DNA from: Pseudomonadota bacterium
GTDB taxonomy: Bacteria; Bdellovibrionota; Bdellovibrionia; Bdellovibrionales; Bdellovibrionaceae
Assembly: GCA_041178425.1 (NCBI GenBank)
Contig: JBEGVH010000016.1
Location: forward strand, 96,001 to 160,000
Length of the DNA stretch: 64,000 nucleotides
Direction of reading: 5' to 3'
Below are positions 50,696 to 60,540 of the stretch, piece by piece. A model generated the notes under the pieces. The model searched no databases and was not told the DNA's origin. It was given only the letters and a program-made list of their open reading frames with translations. Numbering within the stretch: the stretch's first letter is position 1; every line of letters starts with the position of its first letter. Both the position numbers and the translations under genes were made by a program.

Positions 50696-51460
50696 ATGAA
50701 AAAATGGAACTACGATAACGAGCAATGGACGAAATTACCTACCTACCTCAAGCATCTTCCGCTTTTTACGCGGCACTTTGATCTCTTTAGTTTCTTAATG
50801 CGATGTATTTGGGGCTTTATTTTAAAGGGCCTTTTTTTCCGGTTTTATATCCGCCTCAAGATCGTTGGCGACTATAAAGAGATTTATCGCAATCACCCTA
50901 GACTTCTCGTGATATCCAATCACGCCAGCCACTTAGATGCAGTGTCCATCGCTGCGACGATTCCCTTCACTTACTGGAAGGATCTCTTTATCGCCGCCGC
51001 CAAGGACTACTTTTTCTCTAATGCCTTCATTACTTTTTTCTCGCAGCATTGCCTAGGCGCTATTCCCATCGATCGCAAAGATAAAAAAGGCGAAGCTGTT
51101 AAACTTTGTCTTACCCTCCTCACTCAGCTCGATCGTATATGGCTCATTTTGTTTCCAGAGGGAACCCGCTCGAAAGATGGAAAGATCCACGAATTTAAAC
51201 GGGGTGTTTCTATTTTTGCCGAGAAGTCTAAAACTCCCATTCTTTTTCTGTTCATAGAAGGCAACGCCAACCTTTGGCCAAAGGGAAACATTTTTGCAAA
51301 GCCCGGAAAACTGATTGTTCATATTGGCCCTGTCCACTCTCCGGCGCCAATAGAAGCTATTTATAAAAACTATAAAAAATGGGTAGAGACCATCGACCCA
51401 GAGGCTTTTGCTCCGGATATCCATATTGGCAAAGAAGATATTGTAAAAAACTTTGTTTAA
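50696..51460 (+). CDS. lysophospholipid acyltransferase (PlsC family)
   Basis: NHASHLD, FPEGTRS. Confidence 0.92.
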   Translation: MKKWNYDNEQWTKLPTYLKHLPLFTRHFDLFSFLMRCIWGFILKGLFFRFYIRLKIVGDYKEIYRNHPRLLVISNHASHLDAVSIAATIPFTYWKDLFIAAAKDYFFSNAFITFFSQHCLGAIPIDRKDKKGEAVKLCLTLLTQLDRIWLILFPEGTRSKDGKIHEFKRGVSIFAEKSKTPILFLFIEGNANLWPKGNIFAKPGKLIVHIGPVHSPAPIEAIYKNYKKWVETIDPEAFAPDIHIGKEDIVKNFV

Positions 51461-51529
51461 CACAGAGTTTATTTAACAAAGTGCACTTGCCCTTTACATC
51501 GACTGTTCTACCGTGGTTTAGATCAAAGA

Positions 51530-52423
51530 ATGGAAATTCATAAAAAATCACTCACAATTGGTTCTTATCAAATTCACCCTATTGCCACAGGAATTTTTGG
51601 CCTTGATGGTGGTGCAATGTTCGGAACAGTTCCAAAGGTGCTTTGGGAAAAGCAAATTCCTGCCGATCAACAAAATCGAATTCCAATGGAAGCAAGAGCT
51701 CTTTTACTCAAAGGGAATCAACGCAACATACTTATCGACTGCGGTAATGGCGGCTATTTCGTAGAAAAATATGGTGAAAAACTGGGGCAAAAGTTTGCTC
51801 AGATGTACAATGTCGATGCTTCTGGACCTAATCTGATCAATCAGCTTCAAAGGGTGGGGCTCACTCCCGATGACATCACCGATGTTATTTTGACCCACCT
51901 GCATTTTGATCACTGTGGAGGGGGAACGATTTGGAAAGATGGAAAAATCACTCCTCAGTTCTCTAAAGCGACATATTATGTTCAAGAGGCTAATCTCCAA
52001 ACGGCAAGACACCCAAATATCCGGGAAAAAGCGAGCTATTTGCCGGCCAACTTTGAACCCCTAGTAGAACAAGGCGTCTTGAAAGTTCTTCATGGCCCTC
52101 AAATTGAACTTCTGCCTGGAGTTTCTGTAGAACTTTCTAACGGGCACACGGTGGGTCAACAATGGGTGCGGGTCACTGATGGGCAGAACACGCTCGCTTA
52201 CTGTGGAGATGTTATTCCCACAAGCGCGCATGTGAAAAGCGCTTGGGTAATGGGATATGACCTCAATCCTCTCTTAATCATCGAAGAGAAAACAGCCCTC
52301 CTCAATCGGGCGGCTGAAGAGGGATGGGTATTGTTTTTCGAACATGACCCAAAGATTGATGCCTGTAAAGTAATCAAACAAGGCCATGATTTTGCTGTTT
52401 CTGATCCAATATTGCTAACATAG
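51530..52423 (+). CDS. metallo-beta-lactamase fold hydrolase (YtnP-like)
   Basis: LDGGAMFG.VP, THLHFDHCGG, GHT.G, GD, YD..P, HDP. Confidence 0.9.
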   Translation: MEIHKKSLTIGSYQIHPIATGIFGLDGGAMFGTVPKVLWEKQIPADQQNRIPMEARALLLKGNQRNILIDCGNGGYFVEKYGEKLGQKFAQMYNVDASGPNLINQLQRVGLTPDDITDVILTHLHFDHCGGGTIWKDGKITPQFSKATYYVQEANLQTARHPNIREKASYLPANFEPLVEQGVLKVLHGPQIELLPGVSVELSNGHTVGQQWVRVTDGQNTLAYCGDVIPTSAHVKSAWVMGYDLNPLLIIEEKTALLNRAAEEGWVLFFEHDPKIDACKVIKQGHDFAVSDPILLT

Positions 52424-52481
52424 AGCTTGAAAACCGAGCCCCCAATGCTCTATATTCGGGGCTCAAAATTTTTATCCATAG

Positions 52482-52558
52482 GGTCGCGTAGCTCAGCTGG
52501 ATAGAGCAACTGCCTTCTAAGCAGTAGGTCGGAGGTTCGAGTCCTCCCGCGATCACCA
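52482..52558 (+). tRNA. tRNA-Arg(TCT)
   Basis: GGTCGCGTAGCTCAGCTGGATAGAGCAACTGCCTTCTAAGCAGT...GGTTCGAGTCC...GATCACCA. Confidence 0.97.
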
Positions 52559-52648
52559 TCGTTATTCAGGCCTCTAAATCGAAAAATCACTTGTTCCTTT
52601 TAAAAAATCTGGCCACGATGAGTGTGTTTATCTGCTGAAAGGTTTCCG

Positions 52649-53743
52649 ATGAAAATTTGTGTTACCGCCATTCTCCTTTTTATTTCAGAGTTTCTACTAG
52701 CCGACAAACTTCTGGCGGAGCCAATCAAGATCCCACCGCTCTCTTCAAAGACTTTTGGCGTTAAATACGAGAATCTAGAAATCAAATCGAAAGAACGCCT
52801 CTTGGTGCTAGCACCCCATCCCGATGATGAAACTCTCGGTGCCGCTGGTCTTATTCAAAGAGTACTCAAAAAAAATGGAACGGTTCGCACAGTGGTACTC
52901 ACCGCCGGTGATGGTTTTCCCGAATCAGCCACTATTGAAAGTGGTAAAGCTAAACCTGAAGCGGGAGATTATCTTAAACTTGGTGCTGAACGCTTGAAGG
53001 AAGCTCAAGCTGCTGCTCAACTAATTGGTCATGGAAAAGTTCAAGTAGATTTTTTTGGATTTCCCGATGCCGGTCTCTACTCAACGCTCGTACCCCACTG
53101 GGAGCCGACAAACCCTTTTCGCTCTCCTATGACCGAAAAAAATCACGTCCCGTACGATGCAGCCCTTCTTTTTAAGGCCCCTCAGAGTGGAAAAATTGTC
53201 TTTGACCAATTAGTTAAAATATTAAATGAAATGAATCCCACGATAATTACTTTTCCTGATATAATGGAAACTCACGCCGACCACTCAAGCACAGGAATTT
53301 ATGCACAATTAGCAATTAACGAGTGGCTCAATAATAATTCAAAGACTCAATCTAAATTAAAAACAAAAGAGTCTAGACCTCTTCTATTAGCTTACCTTAT
53401 TCACTGGGGCCCTGATTGGCCTGCAGAAGGTTTCGCCTCAAACCCTATTGATCTCAAGGGTCAAGCCTTTTACCTTCCTAAGGATCTTCCCTTGCGTGCC
53501 CAAGGACGGACCTGCCTTAAGCTAGAAATGAACGAGACCGGATTAAAGGACCTAGCCATCGATCAATACAAAACTCAGTGTCGAGCTATGGGCACATTTC
53601 TAAAAGCATTTATTAGAAAAACAGAATGCTTCAGCATCATTGAGCCAAATAGTAATTTAAGTCTCAAAGAGGAAATTCAAAAATGGAGAACCAATCAAAC
53701 TCCCTTTAACGATAAAGATGCTTTTTCAAGGCAGCATCTTTAG
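52649..53743 (+). CDS. PIG-L/LmbE-family deacetylase, probably exported
   Basis: LAPHPDDE, LTAGD, R..E, FPD, HADH; hydrophobic N-terminus. Confidence 0.88.
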   Translation: MKICVTAILLFISEFLLADKLLAEPIKIPPLSSKTFGVKYENLEIKSKERLLVLAPHPDDETLGAAGLIQRVLKKNGTVRTVVLTAGDGFPESATIESGKAKPEAGDYLKLGAERLKEAQAAAQLIGHGKVQVDFFGFPDAGLYSTLVPHWEPTNPFRSPMTEKNHVPYDAALLFKAPQSGKIVFDQLVKILNEMNPTIITFPDIMETHADHSSTGIYAQLAINEWLNNNSKTQSKLKTKESRPLLLAYLIHWGPDWPAEGFASNPIDLKGQAFYLPKDLPLRAQGRTCLKLEMNETGLKDLAIDQYKTQCRAMGTFLKAFIRKTECFSIIEPNSNLSLKEEIQKWRTNQTPFNDKDAFSRQHL

Positions 53744-53767
53744 GAAATATAACGAACCTTGAGTTGG

Positions 53768-55549
53768 TTATTTCTCAAAAAATACGTAGGCAGCAAGATC
53801 TAAACCACCTTCATCTTCTGATATCAATGTGAACTCGAGGCCAACTAGGGCTCCCGCAGGAACATCGATATCTAAAGAAACATAAGATGATCCGTTTTGT
53901 TGGGAACCAAATACTTTATTGAAAGTGGACGGTCCCATATTTGAATCAGTAATATCAAAGCACCAAGGCGCACGTAATTCGGAACCTCCTTGCTGCACGA
54001 CCTTGAGGCATCCCTTGAACCTCTGTAAACCTTTTACTTGTGCGCTCGACAAAAACAAATTAACTCCACGAATCTTGGTCGCTTTGTCCATGACTTGCCA
54101 ACTATTTGAGTTTTGCAAGGGCTTACCAGGTGGTACTGCGATAGGATTAGGGCCACAACCTGGTTTATCGCAACCAGCCCCTATCGTTACGGGATTATTC
54201 CCACCAGGCACTTTATAGGCCGTGTCCCAACGAGGAAATCGAACTCTTCGCAAGCCAACATTACCCAAGCCTTCTCGGGCGATGGTTATCTTAGCTCCAG
54301 CGTAAAGGCCAACACCTCCCGCGCCCCACTGTGGAGTTCCCTGAAAAATAAGTCGCTCACCTGGCTTCAGTAAAATTCCTGATTGAGCAGCGAATTTAAT
54401 AGATGGTGACACTTGTTCTTCGGAATAAACGCAGGCGATTTCACCATCGTCACTATCATCGAACTGATAAATCGCTCCCCTATTCAAATAGAAGCAAGAG
54501 TCTTTACTAAAGGTATTTCCCATAAAGCTTGAAATCGGATTTAATGAGGAAACCACTATTGGAAAACTGAATTTATTAACCACTGCATCGGCATAGGTAA
54601 TGTCATGAGCAAAAGCCGCACCTCCTACAATCATTGATCCAATAATTGCCGGGCGTTCATAACCATCAATTGTCGGTGACTTAGCCATCCCTGTCTCAAC
54701 AAACTTGGTTTTTGCGCAACTTACGATTCCAGATTCTGAACTATTCAACTCTAAAACATCGAAACCTGTGGAATAACCTTTCGATATACAAAAACGGTGT
54801 ACTGCGTGCTGGCAGCCTTTTCCTTGGATAATCGATTCTCGACTACAACTCTTATCATTACTTGGGGCAATCAATTCGGCAATACTCGAAAAGGATACTA
54901 GATCATAGATCTCCGGGCCCTTCAAACAGAGAGTCGTAATCCCTTCGTTACTAAAATCAATCACTCCTGTTGAAGTAGAGAACCCCCTCGCAATACAGAG
55001 GCGTCTGGTGATAGACTGACACCAAATTGATCTAGGATTCGAGGCGTTGCAATCACCGTTATATCCAAATCGCATGTAGCTTCCCGCAGAGTTCGGAACA
55101 CAATTGATTCTGGCTACAGATTTTTCCCACTCAGAGGGCCCAATACCGCCTAAATATCCTTTCGCTTGGCAATACTGAAAAGCAGACTTTCTGCATTCGA
55201 GAGACATTGGATCCCAAATATCACATCCGTATTGTCCGTATAATCCGCGAAGATCTTGAAGAACATGAACATCCATCGAATCGATGGTTCCACCAATACT
55301 CGAAGGCCTCAAACAAGAATTCGCCGTTCTTGTTCCTGATGAAGTACCACTCCCTGGGTTTGTCCCACCTGTTTGACTTTGCTCAACGGTGCAGGGGGTA
55401 GGCATTGAAACTGGATTAATAATATCTTCTGCGGATCTCACGGAGGAAGCTAAGTTTTTAGGATCATCAATTTTGAATTCACTTGGTTGACAACCAAAGA
55501 ACCAAGAAGAAAGGCATACGATGATCAACATTTCATTTTGAGATTTCAC
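53768..55549 (-). CDS. lipoprotein with three Cys-rich repeats
   Basis: FFGC lipobox; repeats of C-x8/10-C-x7-C-x3-G[YF]...C. Confidence 0.75.
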   Translation of the reverse strand: MKSQNEMLIIVCLSSWFFGCQPSEFKIDDPKNLASSVRSAEDIINPVSMPTPCTVEQSQTGGTNPGSGTSSGTRTANSCLRPSSIGGTIDSMDVHVLQDLRGLYGQYGCDIWDPMSLECRKSAFQYCQAKGYLGGIGPSEWEKSVARINCVPNSAGSYMRFGYNGDCNASNPRSIWCQSITRRLCIARGFSTSTGVIDFSNEGITTLCLKGPEIYDLVSFSSIAELIAPSNDKSCSRESIIQGKGCQHAVHRFCISKGYSTGFDVLELNSSESGIVSCAKTKFVETGMAKSPTIDGYERPAIIGSMIVGGAAFAHDITYADAVVNKFSFPIVVSSLNPISSFMGNTFSKDSCFYLNRGAIYQFDDSDDGEIACVYSEEQVSPSIKFAAQSGILLKPGERLIFQGTPQWGAGGVGLYAGAKITIAREGLGNVGLRRVRFPRWDTAYKVPGGNNPVTIGAGCDKPGCGPNPIAVPPGKPLQNSNSWQVMDKATKIRGVNLFLSSAQVKGLQRFKGCLKVVQQGGSELRAPWCFDITDSNMGPSTFNKVFGSQQNGSSYVSLDIDVPAGALVGLEFTLISEDEGGLDLAAYVFFEK

Positions 55550-55572
55550 TGAGCCCCCTCTAACGAAATCAA

Positions 55573-55590
55573 TTGCAATTCATAGTCCGG
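55573..55590 (-). promoter_or_regulatory. candidate sigma54 promoter
   Basis: Minus strand CC-GG-ACTATGAATT-GC-AA (GG-N10-GC) about 25 bp upstream of the GTG at 55549. Confidence 0.5.
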
Positions 55591-55888
55591 AGTTTAAGTT
55601 TATATAATTGCATTTGGGCTCAAAAGTCTCAGCAGTAGACAGATATTTTGTAGATAAAGAAAACAACTGAAAAAATAAACCTCAAACAACCTATCTGATT
55701 GAAAACACTTGCTTTTTATACTTATTGAAAACTAATAAAACGAAACTGTTCAAGCCTTCTACATAACAATTTATTTTACCTAAACCAAAACACTCTTACT
55801 TGAATAATCTTCATTGCCCCTTGTGACAGGGATTCCTCACGACTATGTTGAAGTTCGGACTTTGGCCCCTTATCCGGAGAAAGCAACT

Positions 55889-56329
55889 ATGAGTTTAAAT
55901 TTTAAGATTTCTGCCATTTTGGGATTACTTTTAACAACTCCTCTCGCCTCGGCATCTCTCTTAAATCACTCCGAAGTTAAATGCGGACCCGTTGTTTCAT
56001 TTCAGCGAGCAGACCTTAAGGAGGTTGGCCCCATTCACTTGAGGCTAGTCTATAGAGAAATTCGAAATCCATACACTCGTTTTCGAAAGGTCAGAGCTAA
56101 TCAAACCATTGCTTTTGAGACTTTTCCAAATGGCCAAAGAGTCTCAGGATTTCTTGATTTTTACCAATTTGATGCTGATCGCTTACCTATTATTTTTCTT
56201 GATGGAGAATATTTAGTAATTCGCCATAAGTATGGCACTCACATGGTTCCAATTGATAGTCTCTATACTTTCCCTTCGCCAACTTTTGAGGCGACCCGTT
56301 TCTATAACAGTGAAAATGCCTGCAAATAG
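55889..56329 (+). CDS. hypothetical secreted protein
   Basis: GGAG RBS, signal peptide MSLNFK...ASA. Confidence 0.6.
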   Translation: MSLNFKISAILGLLLTTPLASASLLNHSEVKCGPVVSFQRADLKEVGPIHLRLVYREIRNPYTRFRKVRANQTIAFETFPNGQRVSGFLDFYQFDADRLPIIFLDGEYLVIRHKYGTHMVPIDSLYTFPSPTFEATRFYNSENACK

Positions 56330-56456
56330 GTCTTAATCTGGATCTTATTACTCTGCGTTCTCTGAACGCAGCCCATCGTGAGTTGCCCCTACAACCTTTT
56401 TAAAATATCACACCCTCTATCGATTGGTTTTTACAATATTGATGTCGGAAGGCTTT

Positions 56457-56921
56457 ATGTACCAACTTGCTCGTCTATTATTAATAACTTTGGTTTTTCT
56501 CTCAACAGTTGCCTCCGAAGCCGCTTCGAGATCTTTTCACAGTATTCGATCTCTAATGGGCATTCCCATCTATAGACTGAGCTGCTCGAATACCGTAGAC
56601 GATGTTCATACTCATGTTTTTGCTACGGTTAATGAGAATATAATTCGCGAGTTTAAAATTGTTTCGGCGGCCCCTTACGAACCAGCTCAAGAGCTTAGTT
56701 TTGAAGGAGCAGAACTTGCCGACTTTTTAGTTCATCCCTCTTATAGTAATATAACAATCAATGGATCGATAAACACCTCTTACTCCTATCAAACCGTCTC
56801 GCTCGAGGTTAGCGATGGCAACCGCGGACTCGTCGGCTATCTCGAGTTTAATGATGGCGATGGCTTTGAAATGTCTGTTGAAATGAATTGTCGCGCAGTG
56901 AATAACCTGAGGTATTGGTAA
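56457..56921 (+). CDS. hypothetical secreted protein
   Basis: Signal peptide MYQLARL...SEA, Cys pair. Confidence 0.65.
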   Translation: MYQLARLLLITLVFLSTVASEAASRSFHSIRSLMGIPIYRLSCSNTVDDVHTHVFATVNENIIREFKIVSAAPYEPAQELSFEGAELADFLVHPSYSNITINGSINTSYSYQTVSLEVSDGNRGLVGYLEFNDGDGFEMSVEMNCRAVNNLRYW

Positions 56922-57194
56922 AGTAACCACAAACAGGCCTGCAAACTTTTTGAAGAATGCGGTGACAATTCTTGACCTAGAGGCCAGGAAAAGGCCAACT
57001 AATTATGTTTACAAAATAACTTCTATTTATTTTTCAAATTACCTATTTTTTTACCTAGCTCATTCTAAGCATTTAGCAACATTTTTCGATCTTCCAATAA
57101 AATTCAAAAAACCCTTTTTCTGGGAATAGTTTTTGAATGTAAACCTGTGAATTTTTGCGACCAAAGTTTTTACAGGTACCAGGAGATAAAGAAA

Positions 57195-59687
57195 ATGAGT
57201 GTTTTATTGAACCTTAGTTTTTTGACAAAGAGACTTCCGTTGATTGTCTTAACGACAGTCTGGTCGCTCACTTCATTGGCCTACCAGGTGAGCATTAAAA
57301 ACACTTCGAAATCGGTAACCGCCAGTCAATTCGCACCTAAAGATGAAAATGTCCATCTTTACGAATTGGTGATCGATTATATTCCATCAAAGGATGACAG
57401 TCGACCCATTGGTCTCTACTTAAAAAATGAACCTGAAAATGGGCCACGATTTCCAGGACCCACTCTTTATTTCGAAGAAGGTGAAACGGCAGTTGTTCGT
57501 GTTTTCAATCGACTCCCCGAAGAAACTTCGATTCACTGGCATGGAATTATTCTCCCAAACAATCAAGATGGGGTTCCGCATATAACGACAAAACCTATTG
57601 CCCCATTTAACCCTAAAAATCCTAATAAGTACTTCGAATACAAATTTAAGATCGTTCAAAATGGAACCTACTGGTACCATTCCCACTCTGCCTACCAAGA
57701 GCAACGTGGTCTTTTTGGTCCCATTGTTATTTTTCCAGCCGAAGAAAATCATTCTGGTGGTCACCAACATGAACATTTCGATTATGATGAAGTTCTCGAT
57801 TTTTCTGACTACGTAAAACGAGATCCCGAGGATGTTCTCACCGTTTTAAAAACCGACAACGAACGGGAAGTTCGTCAAAAGGGTACTGAACGCTCTCTGT
57901 TCGAGGATATCAAAACTAAGAATCTCTTAAAGAGACTTAAATGCGAAACCAATGGAATGGGGCCAATGGATATTGCCGATGTAGCTATTGACGCTATTCA
58001 CGCCAACGGCCTTAAGCGAAGTGCGATTCGCACAGCGCCAAATATGAGTGAGAAAGTAAAGCTACGACTCATTAACTCATCGGCCTCGTCGCTGGTACAA
58101 GTTGTATACGGAAATAAAAGAAAAATGAAGATCATCGCTTCAGATGGACTCGATGTGACTCCCTACGAAACTGATTACATTATTATGGCGGTTGGGGAGA
58201 CTTACGACGTAATCGTTGACTCAGATCCCACTAAAAAAGTTGAGCTCAGAGCCGCTGTTTTTGAATTAAAGCCCAATGTTTACTCGTCGACTTTTATAGG
58301 ACCAGAGAATGGAGTAAAAGAAAACGCGCCCTCTTTTGCCAACCTCAATCCCTGCGATCACCATGCGGCCAATCTTGTTTATAATAATATTCGTTCGACA
58401 AATACCGCTCACAATCGCTGGAAATGGAAAGAAAATTCACCAGTGAAAAAGTTTAATCTAACATTGACTGGAGATATGCGGGCCAATCGTTATGTTTGGT
58501 CAATGAACAATGGTAAAGTCTTTGCCGACACTGAACCGTTGATGATTCGCAAAGGTGACCGAGTCAAAGTACATCTCGTGAACAATACCATGATGTTTCA
58601 CCCCATCCATCTTCATGGACATTTTTTTGCTATCACGAAGGTAGGTAACTCTGGAGGCCATGGTGGCCATGGCGGACATGGTGGTGGTGAAGATCACTCA
58701 GGTCACAAAGGACACTCCATGCTTATGAGTGGTGATCATTCTGACCATGGTAACCATGGTGATCATGGCGGCGGTCATGATGGACATCCGCCAGAGCACG
58801 ATGCAGCACCAGTTCTTTGGAAACACACGATGATCATGGCTCCTCATTCCGAACAAGACATCGAATTTTATGCGAGTGAAGATCGTAATTGGTTATTTCA
58901 CTGTCATAATATGTACCATATGGCGACAGGTATGAGCGTGATGTTTTCATACTTCTCTGATGCGCAACAACCCGGCCAGCCTCCTTCGCACCCACCAGGC
59001 CACGATCACCATAACCATACAATGAGTGCTCCAAAATCTAAAAATAGCAATTCGGATGCTCGCGATATTGAAGCTGCAAAAAAGCTGGTCAGAGGACACG
59101 ATGAGATGAGTGGAAAAGAAGGTGGATATCTGAATTATGATATCAACGTGCTGTCTAACCAGACCGAAGGTGAAATTCCTGTAAACATTAATGACAAACT
59201 TCAAGCCACGCTCATTGGAAAGTATGCCTATGGTAACACCGAAGCAGATGAAGATAACCACACTCGAGCGAGATTAGATTTATCTTATTACCCCTTCCAG
59301 GATTCCTACACGGGACTTTATGCTGGCGTCGAAGATTCGACGGGAGCAAAGGGTACCTTCGGCGCTGCCGGAATTAAAACACGTCTTTTTTCTCTTGAAA
59401 CACAACTCGGCTGGGGCTCAAAAGGAATTGATGCTTGTGTGGCTCGAGATGTGCCCCTGGTAGGTCATGTCTACTTTTACGGGCGATATTGCCGTCAAGG
59501 AAATACAAACTACTACGATGCTCGTGTTGGATATCACCTTATTCAAAATGAGGGAGACCACAAAATTAATATTGACCCAACCTGCGGTGTGAATGAAGAC
59601 GGTCCAATGTGTGGTATTAATATCCATGGTGGTACAAAGATAAAAACACCTGATTTATTCAAAAATATCAAACCTATCGATAGATAG
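57195..59687 (+). CDS. multicopper oxidase (CopA/PcoA-like) with His-rich inserts and C-terminal beta-strand extension
   Basis: HWHG, WYHSH, HPIHLHGH, HCHNMYHMATGM copper sites; AGGAG RBS. Confidence 0.92.
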   Translation: MSVLLNLSFLTKRLPLIVLTTVWSLTSLAYQVSIKNTSKSVTASQFAPKDENVHLYELVIDYIPSKDDSRPIGLYLKNEPENGPRFPGPTLYFEEGETAVVRVFNRLPEETSIHWHGIILPNNQDGVPHITTKPIAPFNPKNPNKYFEYKFKIVQNGTYWYHSHSAYQEQRGLFGPIVIFPAEENHSGGHQHEHFDYDEVLDFSDYVKRDPEDVLTVLKTDNEREVRQKGTERSLFEDIKTKNLLKRLKCETNGMGPMDIADVAIDAIHANGLKRSAIRTAPNMSEKVKLRLINSSASSLVQVVYGNKRKMKIIASDGLDVTPYETDYIIMAVGETYDVIVDSDPTKKVELRAAVFELKPNVYSSTFIGPENGVKENAPSFANLNPCDHHAANLVYNNIRSTNTAHNRWKWKENSPVKKFNLTLTGDMRANRYVWSMNNGKVFADTEPLMIRKGDRVKVHLVNNTMMFHPIHLHGHFFAITKVGNSGGHGGHGGHGGGEDHSGHKGHSMLMSGDHSDHGNHGDHGGGHDGHPPEHDAAPVLWKHTMIMAPHSEQDIEFYASEDRNWLFHCHNMYHMATGMSVMFSYFSDAQQPGQPPSHPPGHDHHNHTMSAPKSKNSNSDARDIEAAKKLVRGHDEMSGKEGGYLNYDINVLSNQTEGEIPVNINDKLQATLIGKYAYGNTEADEDNHTRARLDLSYYPFQDSYTGLYAGVEDSTGAKGTFGAAGIKTRLFSLETQLGWGSKGIDACVARDVPLVGHVYFYGRYCRQGNTNYYDARVGYHLIQNEGDHKINIDPTCGVNEDGPMCGINIHGGTKIKTPDLFKNIKPIDR

Positions 59688-59718
59688 GTTTGGGGCTTAG
59701 CTTGGCCTTAATAGGTAT

Positions 59719-60507
59719 TTAAAAGTTAAAATCTCCCAGGCGCTGCTCGACGACCTTCTTATAGTCGTAAGCAGCGCTAAACAGTTCTCTCCTGAGATTC
59801 CCCCCGGCTGTCAAAATAGTATCTCTAGCACTCGAACCTTTTTCTTCCTCCAAAAAATAAACTTCAAGATTTTTTAAGGGATCAGTCTGCATATGCCAAA
59901 TCATGGCGGCGCACATCTTACAACACTGGAGACTCGATACGAGGACATTCTTTTTATCAAAACCTTTTTTGTTTTTAGCGAAATAGTTCTGAAGTAGTTG
60001 GATTTCGGCATGCCTGGTTTTATTTCTTGAATTTCGATTTTCTGCACCCATCTGAATCTTGAGATTTTCGTCAAGAATCAATGATCGCACCAAACGACTT
60101 TCTTGATGGCGAGGCTTTGATTGGGTATCTCTCTTTAAGGAGTTATCTTTAAATTCAATCCACGATTTTCCTGCACACAAAAAAGTCTCATTAGAATCAA
60201 AGACTCCATCATTTTTTACGACATAAGAAATCTCAATTGGAGCTGTCAAAGACTCGGACATTTTTTGATTTAAATTTAAGTCTACGGAGTATCTCTTTGC
60301 AGCAATTGAAACCATACCCCGGCAAAGTATAGAGGGCTGATAGTCCATGAGGATTCTGGATCTTAACATGGTCATCGCCTGATCAGGAAATCTCTCATAG
60401 ATTCCTTGAATCAGTTGGGTCGTTGCCGACTGAGGTTCGAACGGCAATGGTGAATAATGACTATGGTAATACCTGTTTTTAAAAAAAAGGGCCGCCGTTT
60501 GCTTCAA
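59719..60507 (-). CDS. Bd3614-like nucleic acid deaminase
   Basis: N....T.HAE..L and SLQCCKMCAAMI zinc-deaminase motifs; N-terminal A...LI..I...R......C.GM....AKR. Confidence 0.75.
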   Translation of the reverse strand: MKQTAALFFKNRYYHSHYSPLPFEPQSATTQLIQGIYERFPDQAMTMLRSRILMDYQPSILCRGMVSIAAKRYSVDLNLNQKMSESLTAPIEISYVVKNDGVFDSNETFLCAGKSWIEFKDNSLKRDTQSKPRHQESRLVRSLILDENLKIQMGAENRNSRNKTRHAEIQLLQNYFAKNKKGFDKKNVLVSSLQCCKMCAAMIWHMQTDPLKNLEVYFLEEEKGSSARDTILTAGGNLRRELFSAAYDYKKVVEQRLGDFNF

Positions 60508-60540
60508 AAAGCGACCCTCCGGTTGATTGTGACTTTCAAC

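Noticed and set aside
58354..58363. GCGATCACCA matching the tRNA-Arg 3' end (att duplicate)
   Set aside because: Only 10 nt, inside an intact coding frame; expected by chance
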